NCBI GenBank assembly: GCA_964057225.1
Contig: OZ059899.1
Coordinates: 10,354,001-10,418,000 of the forward strand
Reading direction: 5' to 3'
Length of the DNA stretch: 64,000 nucleotides
Origin: Auanema rhodensis
Lineage: Eukaryota > Animalia > Nematoda
In this document: piece by piece, positions 41,201 through 55,801 of the stretch
Layout: each line of letters opens with the position of its first letter
Position numbering within the stretch: the first letter of the stretch is position 1
Notes under the pieces: generated by a model
What the model saw: the letters and a program-made list of their open reading frames with translations, nothing else
The model's database searches: none
What the model was told of the DNA's origin: nothing
Program-made: the position numbers and the translations under genes

Positions 41201-44200
41201 AAATTAGAAAGAAAAAAACTAGTTTTTCCTACTTTAAAACAAACAATAAGAAATAAAATAAAAAAGATTGTTAGATATCCAATTTAAACTTATACATTTA
41301 CTTTGATAAAGAGCCTATTAGTTTGAAATTTTATGTCTTACAGTTCTCCAACAGAACAGACTGATCCTGATTTCTCTATGATTACATAAAACTCTCGTTT
41401 GATATAAAAAAAGAAGAGGAATAACGTTTCCAGGATGTCAATGATATCGAATCTAGTGATATTGTAGAAAAATGTAATGTCAGCTCCATAGGTTTTCTCT
41501 TAATTTCTCTCATCACAATTGTCTTAGTTTTTTTTCTCAAAAGAGTTTCTGAAATCTTAGGTGAACAAGGCCGTATATATTTTTTTCTGGAATTCGAAAG
41601 CATTTGGGATGGAAATTGGAAAGAAAAGAACTAGTTTTTCCTACTTTAAAACAAACAATGAAAAATAAAAAAAAAAGATTGTTAGATATCCAATTTAAAC
41701 TTATACATTTACTTCGATAAAGAGCCTATTAGTTTGAAGTTTTATGTCTTACAGTTCTCCAACAGAACAGACTGATCCTGATTTCTCTATGATTACATAA
41801 AACTCTCGTTTGATATAAAAAAAGAAGAGGAAGAACGTTTCCAGGATGTCAATAATATCGAATCTAGTGATATTGTAGAAAAATGTAATGTCAGCTCCAT
41901 AGGTTTTCTCTTAATTTCTCTCATCACAATTGTCTTAGTTTTTTTTCTCATAAGAGTTTCTGAAATCTTAGGTGAACAAGGCCGTATATATTTTTTTCTG
42001 GAATTCGAAAGCATTTGGGATGGAAATTATAAAGAAAAGAACGAGTTTTTCCTATTTTAAAACAAACAAAAAAAAATAAAATGAAAAAGATTGTTAGATA
42101 TCCAATTTAAACTTATACATTTACTTTGATAAAGAGCCTATTAGTTTGAAATTTTATGTCTTACAGTTCTCCAACAGAACAGACTGATCCTGATTTCTCT
42201 ATGATTACATAAAACTCTCGTTTGATATAAAAAAAGAAGAGGAATAACGTTTCCAGGATGTCAATGATATCGAATCTAGTGATATTGTAGAAAAATGTAA
42301 TGTCAGCTCCATAGGTTTTCTCTTAATTTCTCTCATCACAATTGTCTTAGTTTTTTTTCTCATAAGAGTTTCTGAAATCTTAGGTGAACAAGGCCGTATA
42401 TATTTTTTTCTGGAATTCGAAAGCATTTGGGATGGAAATTAGAAAGAAAAAAACTAGTTTTTCCTACTTTAAAACAAACAATAAGAAATAAAATAAAAAA
42501 GATTGTTAGATATCCAATTTAAACTTATACATTTACTTCGATAAAGAGCCTATTAGTTTGAAATTTTATGTCTTACAGTTCTCCAACAGAACAGACTGAT
42601 CCTGATTTCTCTATGATTTTATAAAACTCTCGTTTGATATAAAAAAAGAAGAGGAATAACGTTTCCAGGATGTCAATGATATCGAATCTAGTGATATTGT
42701 AGAAAAATGTAATGTCAGCTCCATAGGTTTTCTCTTAATTTCTCTCATCACAATTGTCTTAGTTTTTTTTCTCATAAGAGTTTCTGAAATCTTAGGTGAA
42801 CAAGGCCGTATATATTTTTTTCTGGAATTCGAAAGCATTTGGGATGGAAATTATAAAGAAAAGAACTAGTTTTTCCTATTTTAAATCAAACAAAAAAAAA
42901 TAAAATGAAAAAGATTGTTAGATATCCAATTTAAACTTATACATTTGCTTCGATAAAGAGCCTATTAGTTTGAAATTTTATGTCTTACAGTTCTCCAACA
43001 GAACAGACTGATCCTGATTTCTCTATGATTACATAAAACTCTCGTTTGATATAAAAAAAGAAGAGGAATAACGTTTCCAGGATGTCAATGATATCGAATC
43101 TAGTGATATTGTAGAAAAATGTAATGTCAGCTCCATAGGTTTTCTCTTAATTTCTCTCATCACAATTGTCTTAGTTTTTTTTCTCATAAGAGTTTCTGAA
43201 ATCTTAGGTGAACAAGGCCGTATATATTTTTTTCTGGAATTCGAAAGCATTTGGGATGGAAATTAGAAAGAAAAAAACTAGTTTTTCCTACTTTAAAACA
43301 AACAATAAGAAATAAAATAAAAAAGATTGTTAGATATCCAATTTAAACTTATACATTTACTTCGATAAAGAGCCTATTAGTTTGAAATTTTATGTCTTAC
43401 AGTTCTCCAACAGAACAGACTGATCCTGATTTCTCTATGATTTTATAAAACTCTCGTTTGATATAAAAAAAGAAGAGGAATAACGTTTCCAGGATGTCAA
43501 TGATATCGAATCTAGTGATATTGTAGAAAAATGTAATGTCAGCTCCATAGGTTTTCTCTTAATTTCTCTCATCACAATTGTCTTAGTTTTTTTTCTCATA
43601 AGAGTTTCTGAAATCTTAGGTGAACAAGGCCGTATATATTTTTTTCTGGAATTCGAAAGCATTTGGGATGGAAATTATAAAGAAAAGAACTAGTTTTTCC
43701 TATTTTAAATCAAACAAAAAAAAATAAAATGAAAAAGATTGTTAGATATCCAATTTAAACTTATACATTTGCTTCGATAAAGAGCCTATTAGTTTGAAAT
43801 TTTATGTCTTACAGTTCTCCAACAGAACAGACTGATCCTGATTTCTCTATGATTACATAAAACTCTCGTTTGATATAAAAAAAGAAGAGGAATAACGTTT
43901 CCAGGATGTCAATGATATCGAATCTAGTGATATTGTAAAAAAATGTAATGTCAGCTCCATAGTTTTTCTCTTAATTTCTCTCATCACAATTGTCTTAGTT
44001 TTTTTTCTCATAAGAGTTTCTGAAATCTTAGGTGAACAAGGCCGTATATATTTTTTTCTGGAAATCGAAAGCATTTGGGATGGAAATTAGAAAGAAAAGA
44101 ACTAGTTTTTCCTATTTTAAAACAAACAAAAAAAAATAAAATAAAAAAGATTGTTAGATATCCAATTTAAACTCATACATTTACTTTGATAAAGAGCCTA

Positions 44201-45685
44201 TTAGTTTGAAATTTTATGTCTTACAGTTCTCCAACAGAACAGATTGATCCTGATTTCTCTATGATTACATAAAACTCTCGTTTGATATAAAAAAGAAGAG
44301 GAATAACGTTTCCAGGATGTCAATGATATCGAATCTAGTGATATTGTAGAAAAATGTAATGTCAGCTCCATAGGTTTTCTCTTAATTTCTCTCATCACAA
44401 TTGTCTTAGTTTTTTTTCTCATAAGAGTTTCTGAAATCTTAGGTGAACAAGGCCGTATATATTTTTTTCTGGAATTCGAAAGCATTTGGGATGGAAATTA
44501 TAAAGAAAAGAACTAGTTTTTCCTATTTTAAAACAAACAAAAAAAAATAAAATGAAAAAGATTGTTAGATATCCAATTTAAACTTATACATTTACTTCGA
44601 TAAAGAGCCTATTAGTTTGAAATTTTATGTCTTACAGTTCTCCAACAGAACAGACTGATCCTGATTTCTCTATGATTACATAAAACTCTCGTTTGATATA
44701 AAAAAAGAAGAGTAATAACGTTTCCAGGATGTCAATGATATCGAATCTAGTGATATTGTAAAAAAATGTAATGTCAGCTCCATAGGTTTTCTCTTAATTT
44801 CTCTCATCACAATTGTCTTAGTTTTTTTTCTTATAAGAGTTTCTGAAATTTTAGGTGAACAAGGCCGTATATATTTTTTTCTGGAATTCGAAAGCATTTG
44901 GGATGGAAATTAGAAAGAAAAGAACTAGTTTTTCCTACTTTAAAACAAACAATAAGAAATAAAATAAAAAAGATTGTTAGATATCCAATTTAAACTTATA
45001 CATTTACTTCGATAAAGAGCCTATTAGTTTGAAATTTTATGTCTTACAGTTCTCCAACAGAACAGACTGATCCTGATTTCTCTATGATTACATAAAACTC
45101 TCGTTTGATATAATAAAAGAAGAGGAATAACGTTTCCAGGATGTCAATGATATCGAATCTAGTGATATTGTAGAAAAATGTAATGTCAGCTCCATAGGTT
45201 TTCTCTTAATTTCTCTCATCACAATTGTCTTAGTTTTTTTTTCATAAGAGTTTCTGAAATCTTAGGTGAACAAGGCCGTATATATTTTTTTCTGGAATTC
45301 GAAAGCATTTGGGATGGAAATTAGAAAGAAAAGAACTAGTTTTTCCTATTTTAAAACAAACAAAAAAAAATAAAATGAAAAAGATTGTTAGATATCCAAT
45401 TTAAACTTATACATTTACTTCGATAAAGAGCCTATTAGTTTGAAATTTTATGTCTTACAGTTCTCCAACAGAACAGACTGATCCTGATTTCTCTATGATT
45501 ACATAAAACTCTCGTTTGATATAAAAAAAGAAGAGGAATAACGTTTCCAGGATGTCAATGATATCGAATCTAGTGATATTGTAGAAAAATGTAATGTCAG
45601 CTCCATAGGTTTTCTCTTAATTTCTCTCATCACAATAGTCTTAGTTTTTTTTCTCATAAGAGTTTCTGAAATCCTAGTTGAACAA

Positions 45686-45758
45686 GGCCGCGTGGCGCAA
45701 TGGATAACGCGTCTGCCTACGGAGCAGAAGATTGTAGGTTCGAATCCTGCCGTGGTCG
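45686..45758 (+). tRNA. tRNA-Arg(ACG)
   Basis: Identical to 436-508; T7 downstream. Confidence 0.97.
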
Positions 45759-48700
45759 TAAATTTTTTTCATTTCACTTGTCATTTACAAAAATCAAATT
45801 TATCTTCTTCAACGATTATTTTTGCAATGTGTCATAAAAATTTCACAGTTGAACAAAACGTTTTTTAAGTATTTTTTTTGTTGTCAACATATATATTTTC
45901 CTGGAATTCGAAAGCATTTGGGATGGAAATTAGAAAGAAAAGAACTAGTTTTTCCTATTTTAAAACAAACAAAAAAAAATAAAATGAAAAAGATTGTTAG
46001 ATATCCAATTTAAACTTATACATTTACTTCGATAAAGAGCCTATTAGTTTGAAATTTTATGTCTTACAGTTCTCCAACAGAACAGACTGATCCTGATTTC
46101 TCTATGATTACATAAAACTCTCGTTTGATATAAAAAAAGAAGAGGAATAACGTTTCCAGGATGTCAATGATATCGAATCTAGTGAAATTGTAAAAAAATG
46201 TAATGTCAGCTCCATAGGTTTTCTCTTAATTTCTCTCATCACAATTGTCTTAGTTTTTTTTCTCATAAGAGTTTCTGAAATTTTAGGTGAACAAGGCCGT
46301 ATATATTTTTTTCTGGAATTCGAAAGCATTTGGGATGGAAATTAGAAAGAAAAGAACTAGTTTTTCCTACTTTAAAACAAACAATAAGAAATAAAATAAA
46401 AAAGATTGTTAGATATCCAATTTAAACTTATACATTTACTTCGATAAAGAGCCTATTAGTTTGAAATTTTATGTCTTACAGTTCTCCAACAGAACAGACT
46501 GATCCTGATTTCTCTATGATTACATAAAACTCTCGTTTGATATAAAAAAAGAAGAGGAATAACGTTTCCAGGATGTCAATGATATCGAATCTAGTGATAT
46601 TGTAGAAAAATGTAATGTCAGCTCCATAGGTTTTCTCTTAATTTCTCTCATCACAATTGTCTTAGTTTTTTTCTCATAAGAGTTTCTGAAATCTTAGGTG
46701 AACAAGGCCGTATATATTTTTTTCTGGAATTCGAAAGCATTTGGGATGGAAATTAGAAGGAAAAGAACTAGTTTTTCCTACTTTAAAACAAACAATAAGA
46801 AATAAAATAAAAAAGATTGTAAGATATCCAATTTAAACTTATACATTTACTTTGATAAAGAGCCTATTAGTTTGAAATTTTATGTCTTACAGTTCTCCAA
46901 CAGAACAGACTGATCCTGATTTCTCTATGATTACATAAAACTTTCGTTTGATATAAAAAAAGAAGAGGAATAACGTTTCCAGGATGTCAATGATATCGAA
47001 TCTAGTGATATTGTAGAAAAATGTAATGTCAGCTCCATAGGTTTTCTCTTAATTTCTCTCATCACAATTGTCTTAGTTTTTTTTCTCATTAGAGTTTCTG
47101 AAATCTTAGGTGAACAAGGCCGTATATATTTTTTTCTGGAATTCGAAAGCATTTGGGATGGACATTAGAAGGAAAAGAACTAGTTTTTCCTACTTTAAAA
47201 CAAACAATAAGAAATAAAATAAAAAAGATTGTTAGATATCTAATTTAAACTTATACATTTACTTCGATAAAGAGCCTATTAGTTTGAAATTTTATGTCTT
47301 ACAGTTCTCCAACAGAACAGACTGATCCTGATTTCTCTATGATTACATAAAACTCTCGTTTGATATAAAAAAAGAAGAGGAATAACGTTTCCAGGATGTC
47401 AATGATATCGAATCTAGTGATATTGTAGAAAAATGTAATGTCAGCTCCATAGGTTTTCTCTTAATTTCTCTCATCACAATTGTCTTAGTTTTTTTTCTCA
47501 TAAGAGTTTCTGAAATCTTAGGTGAACAAGGCCGTATATATTTTTTTCTGGAATTCGAAAACATTTGGGATGGAAATTAGAAAGAAAAGAACTAGTTTTT
47601 CCTACTTTAAAACAAACAATAAGAAATAAAATAAAAAAGATTGTTAGATATCCAATTTAAACTTATACATTTACTTCGATAAAGAGCCTATTAGTTTGAA
47701 ATTTTATGTCTTACAGTTCTCCAACAGAACAGACTGATCCTGATTTCTCTATGATTACATAAAACTCTCGTTTGATATAAAAAAGAAGAGGAATAACGTT
47801 TCCAGGATGTCAATGATATCGAATCTAGTGATATTGTAGAAAAATGTAATGTCAGCTCCATAGGTTTTCTCTTAATTTCTCTCATCACAATTGTCTTAGT
47901 TTTTTTTCTCATAAGAGTTTCTGAAATCTTAGGTGAACAAGGCCGTATATATTTTTTTCTGGAATTCGAAAGCATTTGGGATGGAAATTATAAAGAAAAG
48001 AACTAGTTTTTCCTATTTTAAAACAAACAAAAAAAAATAAAATGAAAAAGATTGTTAGATATCCATCTTAAACTTATACATTTACTTCGATAAAGAGCCT
48101 ATTAGTTTGAAATTTTATGTCTTACAGTTCTCCAACAGAACAGACTGATCCTGATTTCTCTATGATTACATAAAACTCTCGTTTGATATAAAAAAAGAAG
48201 AGTAATAACGTTTCCAGGATGTCAATGATATCGAATCTAGTGATATTGTAAAAAAGTGTAATGTCAGCTCCATAGGTTTTCTCTTAATTTCTCTCATCAC
48301 AATTGTCTTAGTTTTTTTTCTTATAAGAGTTTCTGAAATTTTAGGTGAACAAGGCCGTATATATTTTTTTCTGGAATTCGAAAGCATTTGGGATGGAAAT
48401 TAGAAAGAAAAGAACTAGTTTTTCCTACTTTAAAACAAACAATAAGAAATAAAATAAAAAAGATTGTTAGATATCCAATTTAAACTTATACATTTACTTC
48501 GATAAAGAGCCTATTAGTTTGAAATTTTATGTCTTACAGTTCTCCAACAGAACAGACTGATCCTGATTTCTCTATGATTACATAAAACTCTCGTTTGATA
48601 TAATAAAAGAAGAGGAATAACGTTTCCAGGATGTCAATGATATCGAATCTAGTGATATTGTAGAAAAATGTAATGTCAGCTCCATAGGTTTTCTCTTAAT

Positions 48701-49176
48701 TTCTCTCATCACAATTGTCTTAGTTTTTTTCTCATAAGAGTTTCTGAAATCTTAGGTGAACAAGGCCGTATATATTTTTTTCTGGAATTCGAAAGCATTT
48801 GGGATGGAAATTAGAAAGAAAAGAACTAGTTTTTCCTATTTTAAAACAAACAAAAAAAAAATAAAATGAAAAAGATTGTTAGATATCCAATTTAAACTTA
48901 TACATTTACTTCGATAAAGAGCCTATTAGTTTGAAATTTTATGTCTTACAGTTCTCCAACAGAACAGACTGATCCTGATTTCTCTATGATTACATAAAAC
49001 TCTCGTTTGATATAAAAAAAAAAGAGGAATAACGTTTCCAGGATGTCAATGATATCGAATCTAGTGATATTGTAGAAAAATGTAATGTCAGCTCCATAGG
49101 TTTTCTCTTAATTTCTCTCATCACAATAGTCTTAGTTTTTTTTCTCATAAGAGTTTCTGAAATCCTAGTTGAACAA

Positions 49177-49249
49177 GGCCGCGTGGCGCAATGGATAACG
49201 CGTCTGCCTACGGAGCAGAAGATTGTAGGTTCGAATCCTGCCGTGGTCG
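49177..49249 (+). tRNA. tRNA-Arg(ACG)
   Basis: Identical to 436-508; T7 downstream. Confidence 0.97.
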
Positions 49250-51432
49250 TAAATTTTTTTCATTTCACTTGTCATTTACAAAAATCAAATTTATCTTCTT
49301 CAACGATTATTTTTGCAATGTGTCACAAAAATTTCACAGTTGAACAAAACGTTTTTTAAGAATTTTTTTTGTTGTCAACATATATATTTTCCTGGAATTC
49401 GAAAGCATTTGGGATGGAAATTAGAAAGAAAAGAACTAGTTTTTCCTATTTTAAAACAAACAAAAAAAAATAAAATAAAAAAGATTGTTAGATATCCAAT
49501 TTAAACTCATACATTTACTTTGATAAAGAGCCTATTAGTTTGAAATTTTATGTCTTACAGTTCTCCAACAGAACAGATTGATCCTGATTTCTCTATGATT
49601 ACATAAAACTCTCGTTTGATATAAAAAAAGAAGAGGAATAACGTTTCCAGGATGTCAATGATATCGAATCTAGTGATATTGTAAAAAAATGTAATGTCAG
49701 CTCCATAGGTTTTCTCTTAATTTCTCTCATCACAATTGTCTTAGTTTTTTTTCTCATAAGAGTTTCTGAAATTTTAGGTGAACAAGGCCGTATATATTTT
49801 TTTCTGGAATTCGAAAGCATTTGGGATGGAAATTAGAAAGAAAAGAACTAGTTTTTCCTACTTTAAAACAAACAATAAGAAATAAAATAAAAAAGATTGT
49901 TAGATATCCAATTTAAACTTATACATTTACTTCGATAAAGAGCCTATTAGTTTGAAATTTTATGTCTTACAGTTCTCCAACAGAACAGACTGATCCTGAT
50001 TTCTCTATGATTACATAAAACTCTCGTTTGATATAAAAAAAGAAGAGGAATAACGTTTCCAGGATGTCAATGATATCGAATCTAGTGATATTGTAGAAAA
50101 ATGTAATGTCAGCTCCATAGGTTTTCTCTTAATTTCTCTCATCACAATTGTCTTAGTTTTTTTCTCATAAGAGTTTCTGAAATCTTAGGTGAACAAGGCC
50201 GTATATATTTTTTTCTGGAATTCGAAAGCATTTGGGATGAAAATTAGAAGGAAAAGAACTAGTTTTTCCTACTTTAAAACAAACAATAAGAAATAAAATA
50301 AAAAAGATTGTTAGATATCCAATTTAAACTTATACATTTACTTCGATAAAGAGCCTATTAGTTTGAAATTTTATGTCTTACAGTTCTCCAACAGAACAGA
50401 CTGATCCTGATTTCTCTATGATTACATAAAACTCTCGTTTGATATAAAAAAAGAAGAGTAATAACGTTTCCAGGATGTCAATGATATCGAATCTAGTGAT
50501 ATTGTAAAAAAGTGTAATGTCAGCTCCATAGGTTTTCTCTTAATTTCTCTCATCACAATTGTCTTAGTTTTTTTTCTTATAAGAGTTTCTGAAATTTTAG
50601 GTGAACAAGGCCGTATATATTTTTTTCTGGAATTCGAAAGCATTTGGGATGGAAATTAGAAAGAAAAGAACTAGTTTTTCCTACTTTAAAACAAACAATA
50701 AGAAATAAAATAAAAAAGATTGTTAGATATCCAATTTAAACTTATACATTTACTTCGATAAAGAGCCTATTAGTTTGAAATTTTATGTCTTACAGTTCTC
50801 CAACAGAACAGACTGATCCTGATTTCTCTATGATTACATAAAACTCTCGTTTGATATAATAAAAGAAGAGGAATAACGTTTCCAGGATGTCAATGATATC
50901 GAATCTAGTGATATTGTAGAAAAATGTAATGTCAGCTCCATAGGTTTTCTCTTAATTTCTCTCATCACAATTGTCTTAGTTTTTTTCTCATAAGAGTTTC
51001 TGAAATCTTAGGTGAACAAGGCCGTATATATTTTTTTCTGGAATTCGAAAGCATTTGGGATGGAAATTAGAAAGAAAAGAACTAGTTTTTCCTATTTTAA
51101 AACAAACAAAAAAAAAATAAAATGAAAAAGATTGTTAGATATCCAATTTAAACTTATACATTTACTTCGATAAAGAGCCTATTAGTTTGAAATTTTATGT
51201 CTTACAGTTCTCCAACAGAACAGACTGATCCTGATTTCTCTATGATTACATAAAACTCTCGTTTGATATAAAAAAAAAAGAGGAATAACGTTTCCAGGAT
51301 GTCAATGATATCGAATCTAGTGATATTGTAGAAAAATGTAATGTCAGCTCCATAGGTTTTCTCTTAATTTCTCTCATCACAATAGTCTTAGTTTTTTTTC
51401 TCATAAGAGTTTCTGAAATCCTAGTTGAACAA

Positions 51433-51505
51433 GGCCGCGTGGCGCAATGGATAACGCGTCTGCCTACGGAGCAGAAGATTGTAGGTTCGAATCCTGCCGT
51501 GGTCG
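51433..51505 (+). tRNA. tRNA-Arg(ACG)
   Basis: Identical to 436-508; T7 downstream. Confidence 0.97.
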
Positions 51506-53274
51506 TAAATTTTTTTCATTTCACTTGTCATTTACAAAAATCAAATTTATCTTCTTCAACGATTATTTTTGCAATGTGTCACAAAAATTTCACAGTTGAA
51601 CAAAACGTTTTTTAAGAATTTTTTTTGTTGTCAACATATATATTTTCCTGGAATTCGAAAGCATTTGGGATGGAAATTAGAAAGAAAAGAACTAGTTTTT
51701 CCTATTTTAAAACAAACAAAAAAAAATAAAATAAAAAAGATTGTTAGATATCCAATTTAAACTCATACATTTACTTTGATAAAGAGCCTATTAGTTTGAA
51801 ATTTTATGTCTTACAGTTCTCCAACAGAACAGATTGATCCTGATTTCTCTATGATTACATAAAACTCTCGTTTGATATAAAAAAAGAAGAGGAATAACGT
51901 TTCCAGGATGTCAATGATATCGAATCTAGTGATATTGTAAAAAAATGTAATGTCAGCTCCATAGGTTTTCTCTTAATTTCTCTCATCACAATTGTCTTAG
52001 TTTTTTTTCTCATAAGAGTTTCTGAAATTTTAGGTGAACAAGGCCGTATATATTTTTTTCTGGAATTCGAAAGCATTTGGGATGGAAATTAGAAAGAAAA
52101 GAACTAGTTTTTCCTACTTTAAAACAAACAATAAGAAATAAAATAAAAAAGATTGTTAGATATCCAATTTAAACTTATACATTTACTTCGATAAAGAGCC
52201 TATTAGTTTGAAATTTTATGTCTTACAGTTCTCCAACAGAACAGACTGATCCTGATTTCTCTATGATTACATAAAACTCTCGTTTGATATAAAAAAAGAA
52301 GAGGAATAACGTTTCCAGGATGTCAATGATATCGAATCTAGTGATATTGTAGAAAAATGTAATGTCAGCTCCATAGGTTTTCTCTTAATTTCTCTCATCA
52401 CAATTGTCTTAGTTTTTTTCTCATAAGAGTTTCTGAAATCTTAGGTGAACAAGGCCGTATATATTTTTTTCTGGAATTCGAAAGCATTCGGGATGGAAAT
52501 TAGAAGGAAAAGAACTAGTTTTTCCTACTTTAAAACAAACAATAAGAAATAAAATAAAAAAGATTGTAAGATATCCAATTTAAACTTATACATTTACTTT
52601 GATAAAGAGCCTATTAGTTTGAAATTTTATGTCTTACAGTTCTCCAACAGAACAGACTGATCCTGATTTCTCTATGATTACATAAAACTCTCGTTTGATA
52701 TAAAAAAAGAAGAGGAATAACGTTTCCAGGATGTCAATGATATCGAATCTAGTGATATTGTAGAAAAATGTAATGTCAGCTCCATAGGTTTTCTCTTAAT
52801 TTCTCTCATCACAATTGTCTTAGTTTTTTTTCTCATTAGAGTTTCTGAAATCTTAGGTGAACAAGGCCGTATATATTTTTTTCTGGAATTCGAAAGCATT
52901 TGGGATGGACATTAGAAGGAAAAGAACTAGTTTTTCCTACTTTAAAACAAACAATAAGAAATAAAATAAAAAAGATTGTTAGATATCCAATTTAAACTTA
53001 TACATTTACTTCGATAAAGAGCCTATTAGTTTGAAATTTTATGTCTTACAGTTCTCCAACAGAACAGACTGATCCTGATTTCTCTATGATTACATAAAAC
53101 TCTCGTTTGATATACAAAAAGGAGAGGAATAACGTTTCCAGGATATCAATGATATCGAATCTAGTGATATTGTAGAAAAATGTAATGTCAGCTCCATAGT
53201 TTTTCTCTAAATTTCTCTCATCACAATAGTCTTATTTTTTTTTCATAAGAGTTTCTGAAATCTTAGTTGAACAA

Positions 53275-53347
53275 GGCCGCGTGGCGCAATGGATAACGCG
53301 TCTGCCTACGGAGCAGAAGATTGTAGGTTCGAATCCTGCCGTGGTCG
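53275..53347 (+). tRNA. tRNA-Arg(ACG)
   Basis: Identical to 436-508; T7 downstream. Confidence 0.97.
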
Positions 53348-55119
53348 TAAATTTTTTTCATTTCACTTGTCATTTACAAAAATCAAATTTATCTTCTTCA
53401 ACGATTATTTTTGCAATGTGTCATAAAAATTTCACAGTTGAACAAAACGTTTTTTAAGAATTTTTTTTGTTGTCAACATATATATTTTCCTGGAATTCGA
53501 AAGCATTTGGGATGGAAATTAGAAAGAAAAGAACTAGTTTTTCCTATTTTAAAACAAACAAAAAAAAATAAAATGAAAAAGATTGTTAGATATCCAATTT
53601 AAACTTATACATTTACTTCGATAAAGAGCCTATTAGTTTGAAATTTTATGTCTTACAGTTCTCCAACAGAACAGACTGATCCTGATTTCTCTATGATTAT
53701 ATAAAACTCTCGTTTGATATAAAAAAAGAAGAGGAATAACGTTTCCAGGATGTCAATGATATCGAATCTAGTGATATTGTAGAAAAATGTAATGTCAGCT
53801 CCATAGGTTTTCTCTTAATTTCTCTCATCACAATTGTCTTAGTTTTTTTTCTCATAAGAGTTTCTGAAATCTTAGGTGAACAAGGCCGTATATATTTTTT
53901 TCTGGAATTCGAAAGCATTTGGGATGGAAATTAGAAAGAAAAAAACTAGTTTTTCCTACTTTAAAACAAACAATAAGAAATAAAATAAAAAAGATTGTTA
54001 GATATCCAATTTAAACTTATACATTTACTTCGATAAAGAGCCTATTAGTTTGAAATTTTATGTCTTACAGTTCTCCAACAGAACAGACTGATCCTGATTT
54101 CTCTATGATTATATAAAACTCTCGTTTGATATAAAAAAAGAAGAGGAATAACGTTTCCAGGATGTCAATGATATCGAATCTAGTGATATTGTAGAAAAAT
54201 GTAATGTCAGCTCCATAGGTTTTCTCTTAATTTCTCTCATCACAATTGTCTTAGTTTTTTTTTCTCATAAGAGTTTCTGAAATCTTAGGTGAACAAGGCC
54301 GTATATATTTTTTTCTGGAATTCGAAAGCATTTGGGATGGAAATTAGAAAGAAAAGAACTAGTTTTTCCTACTTTAAAACAAACAATAAGAAATAAAATA
54401 AAAAAGATTGTTAGATATCCAATTCAAACTTATACATTTACTTCGATAAAGAGCCTATTAGTTTGAAATTTTATGTCTTACAGTTCTCCAACAGAACAGA
54501 CTGATCCTGATTTCTCTATGATTACATAAAACTCTCGTTTGATATGATAAAAGAAGAGGAATAACGTTTCCAGGATGTCAATGATATCGAATCTAGTGAT
54601 ATTGTAGAAAAATGTAATGTCAGCTCCATAGGTTTTCTCTTAATTTCTCTCATCACAATTGTCTTAGTTTTTTTCTCATAAGAGTTTCTGAAATCTTAGG
54701 TGAACAAGGCCGTATATATTTTTTTCTGGAATTCGAAAGCATTTGGGATGGAAATTAGAAAGAAAAGAACTAGTTTTTCCTATTTTAAAACAAACAAAAA
54801 AAAATAAAATGAAAAAGATTGTTAGATATCCAATTTAAACTTATACATTTACTTCGATAAAGAGCCTATTAGTTTGAAATTTTATGTCTTACAGTTCTCC
54901 AACAGAACAGACTGATCCTGATTTCTCTATGATTACATAAAACTCTCGTTTGATATAAAAAAAGAAGAGGAATAACGTTTCCAGGATGTCAATGATATCG
55001 AATCTAGTGATATTGTAGAAAAATGTAATGTCAGCTCCATAGGTTTTCTCTTAATTTCTCTCATCACAATAGTCTTAGTTTTTTTTCTCATAAGAGTTTC
55101 TGAAATCCTAGTTGAACAA

Positions 55120-55192
55120 GGCCGCGTGGCGCAATGGATAACGCGTCTGCCTACGGAGCAGAAGATTGTAGGTTCGAATCCTGCCGTGGTCG
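55120..55192 (+). tRNA. tRNA-Arg(ACG)
   Basis: Identical to 436-508; T7 downstream. Confidence 0.97.
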
Positions 55193-55728
55193 TAAATTTT
55201 TTTCATTTCACTTGTCATTTACAAAAATCAAATTTATCTTCTTCAACGATTATTTTTGCAATGTGTCATAAAAATTTCACAGTTGAACAAAACGTTTTTT
55301 AAGAATTTTTTTTGTTGTCAACATATATATTTTCCTGGAATTCGAAAGCATTTGGGATGGAAATTAGAAAGAAAAGAACTAGTTTTTCCTATTTTAAAAC
55401 AAACAAAAAAAAATAAAATGAAAAAGATTGTTAGATATCCAATTTAAACTTATACATTTACTTCGATAAAGAGCCTATTAGTTTGAAATTTTATGTCTTA
55501 CAGTTCTCCAACAGAACAGACTGATCCTGATTTCTCTATGATTATATAAAACTCTCGTTTGATATAAAAAAAGAAGAGGAATAACGTTTCCAGGATGTCA
55601 ATGATATCGAATCTAGTGATATTGTAGAAAAATGTAATGTCAGCTCCATAGGTTTTCTCTTAATTTCTCTCATCACAATAGTCTTAGTTTTTTTTCTCAT
55701 AAGAGTTTCTGAAATCCTACTTGAACAA

Positions 55729-55801
55729 GGCCGCGTGGCGCAATGGATAACGCGTCTGCCTACGGAGCAGAAGATTGTAGGTTCGAATCCTGCCGTGGTC
55801 G
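55729..55801 (+). tRNA. tRNA-Arg(ACG)
   Basis: Identical to 436-508; lies exactly 609 bp after the previous copy, which defines the long monomer. Confidence 0.97.

Larger units (their letters stand above)
11383..45685. repeat. tRNA-free core of the array (~82 consecutive short monomers) with variable higher-order repeats
   Basis: There is no GGCCGCGTGG here; all junctions read GGCCGTATATA. Uninterrupted 411-413 bp spacing in the ORF track rules out a 609-bp unit. Confidence 0.93.
48166..52670. repeat. tRNA-containing 5-mer higher-order repeat (4 short + 1 long, 2 x 2256 bp; boundaries approximate)
   Basis: 48166->50422, 49177->51433 and 49599->51855 are all +2256, with shared private SNPs (GTCACAAAA, AAAAAGTGTAA). 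Confidence 0.88.
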
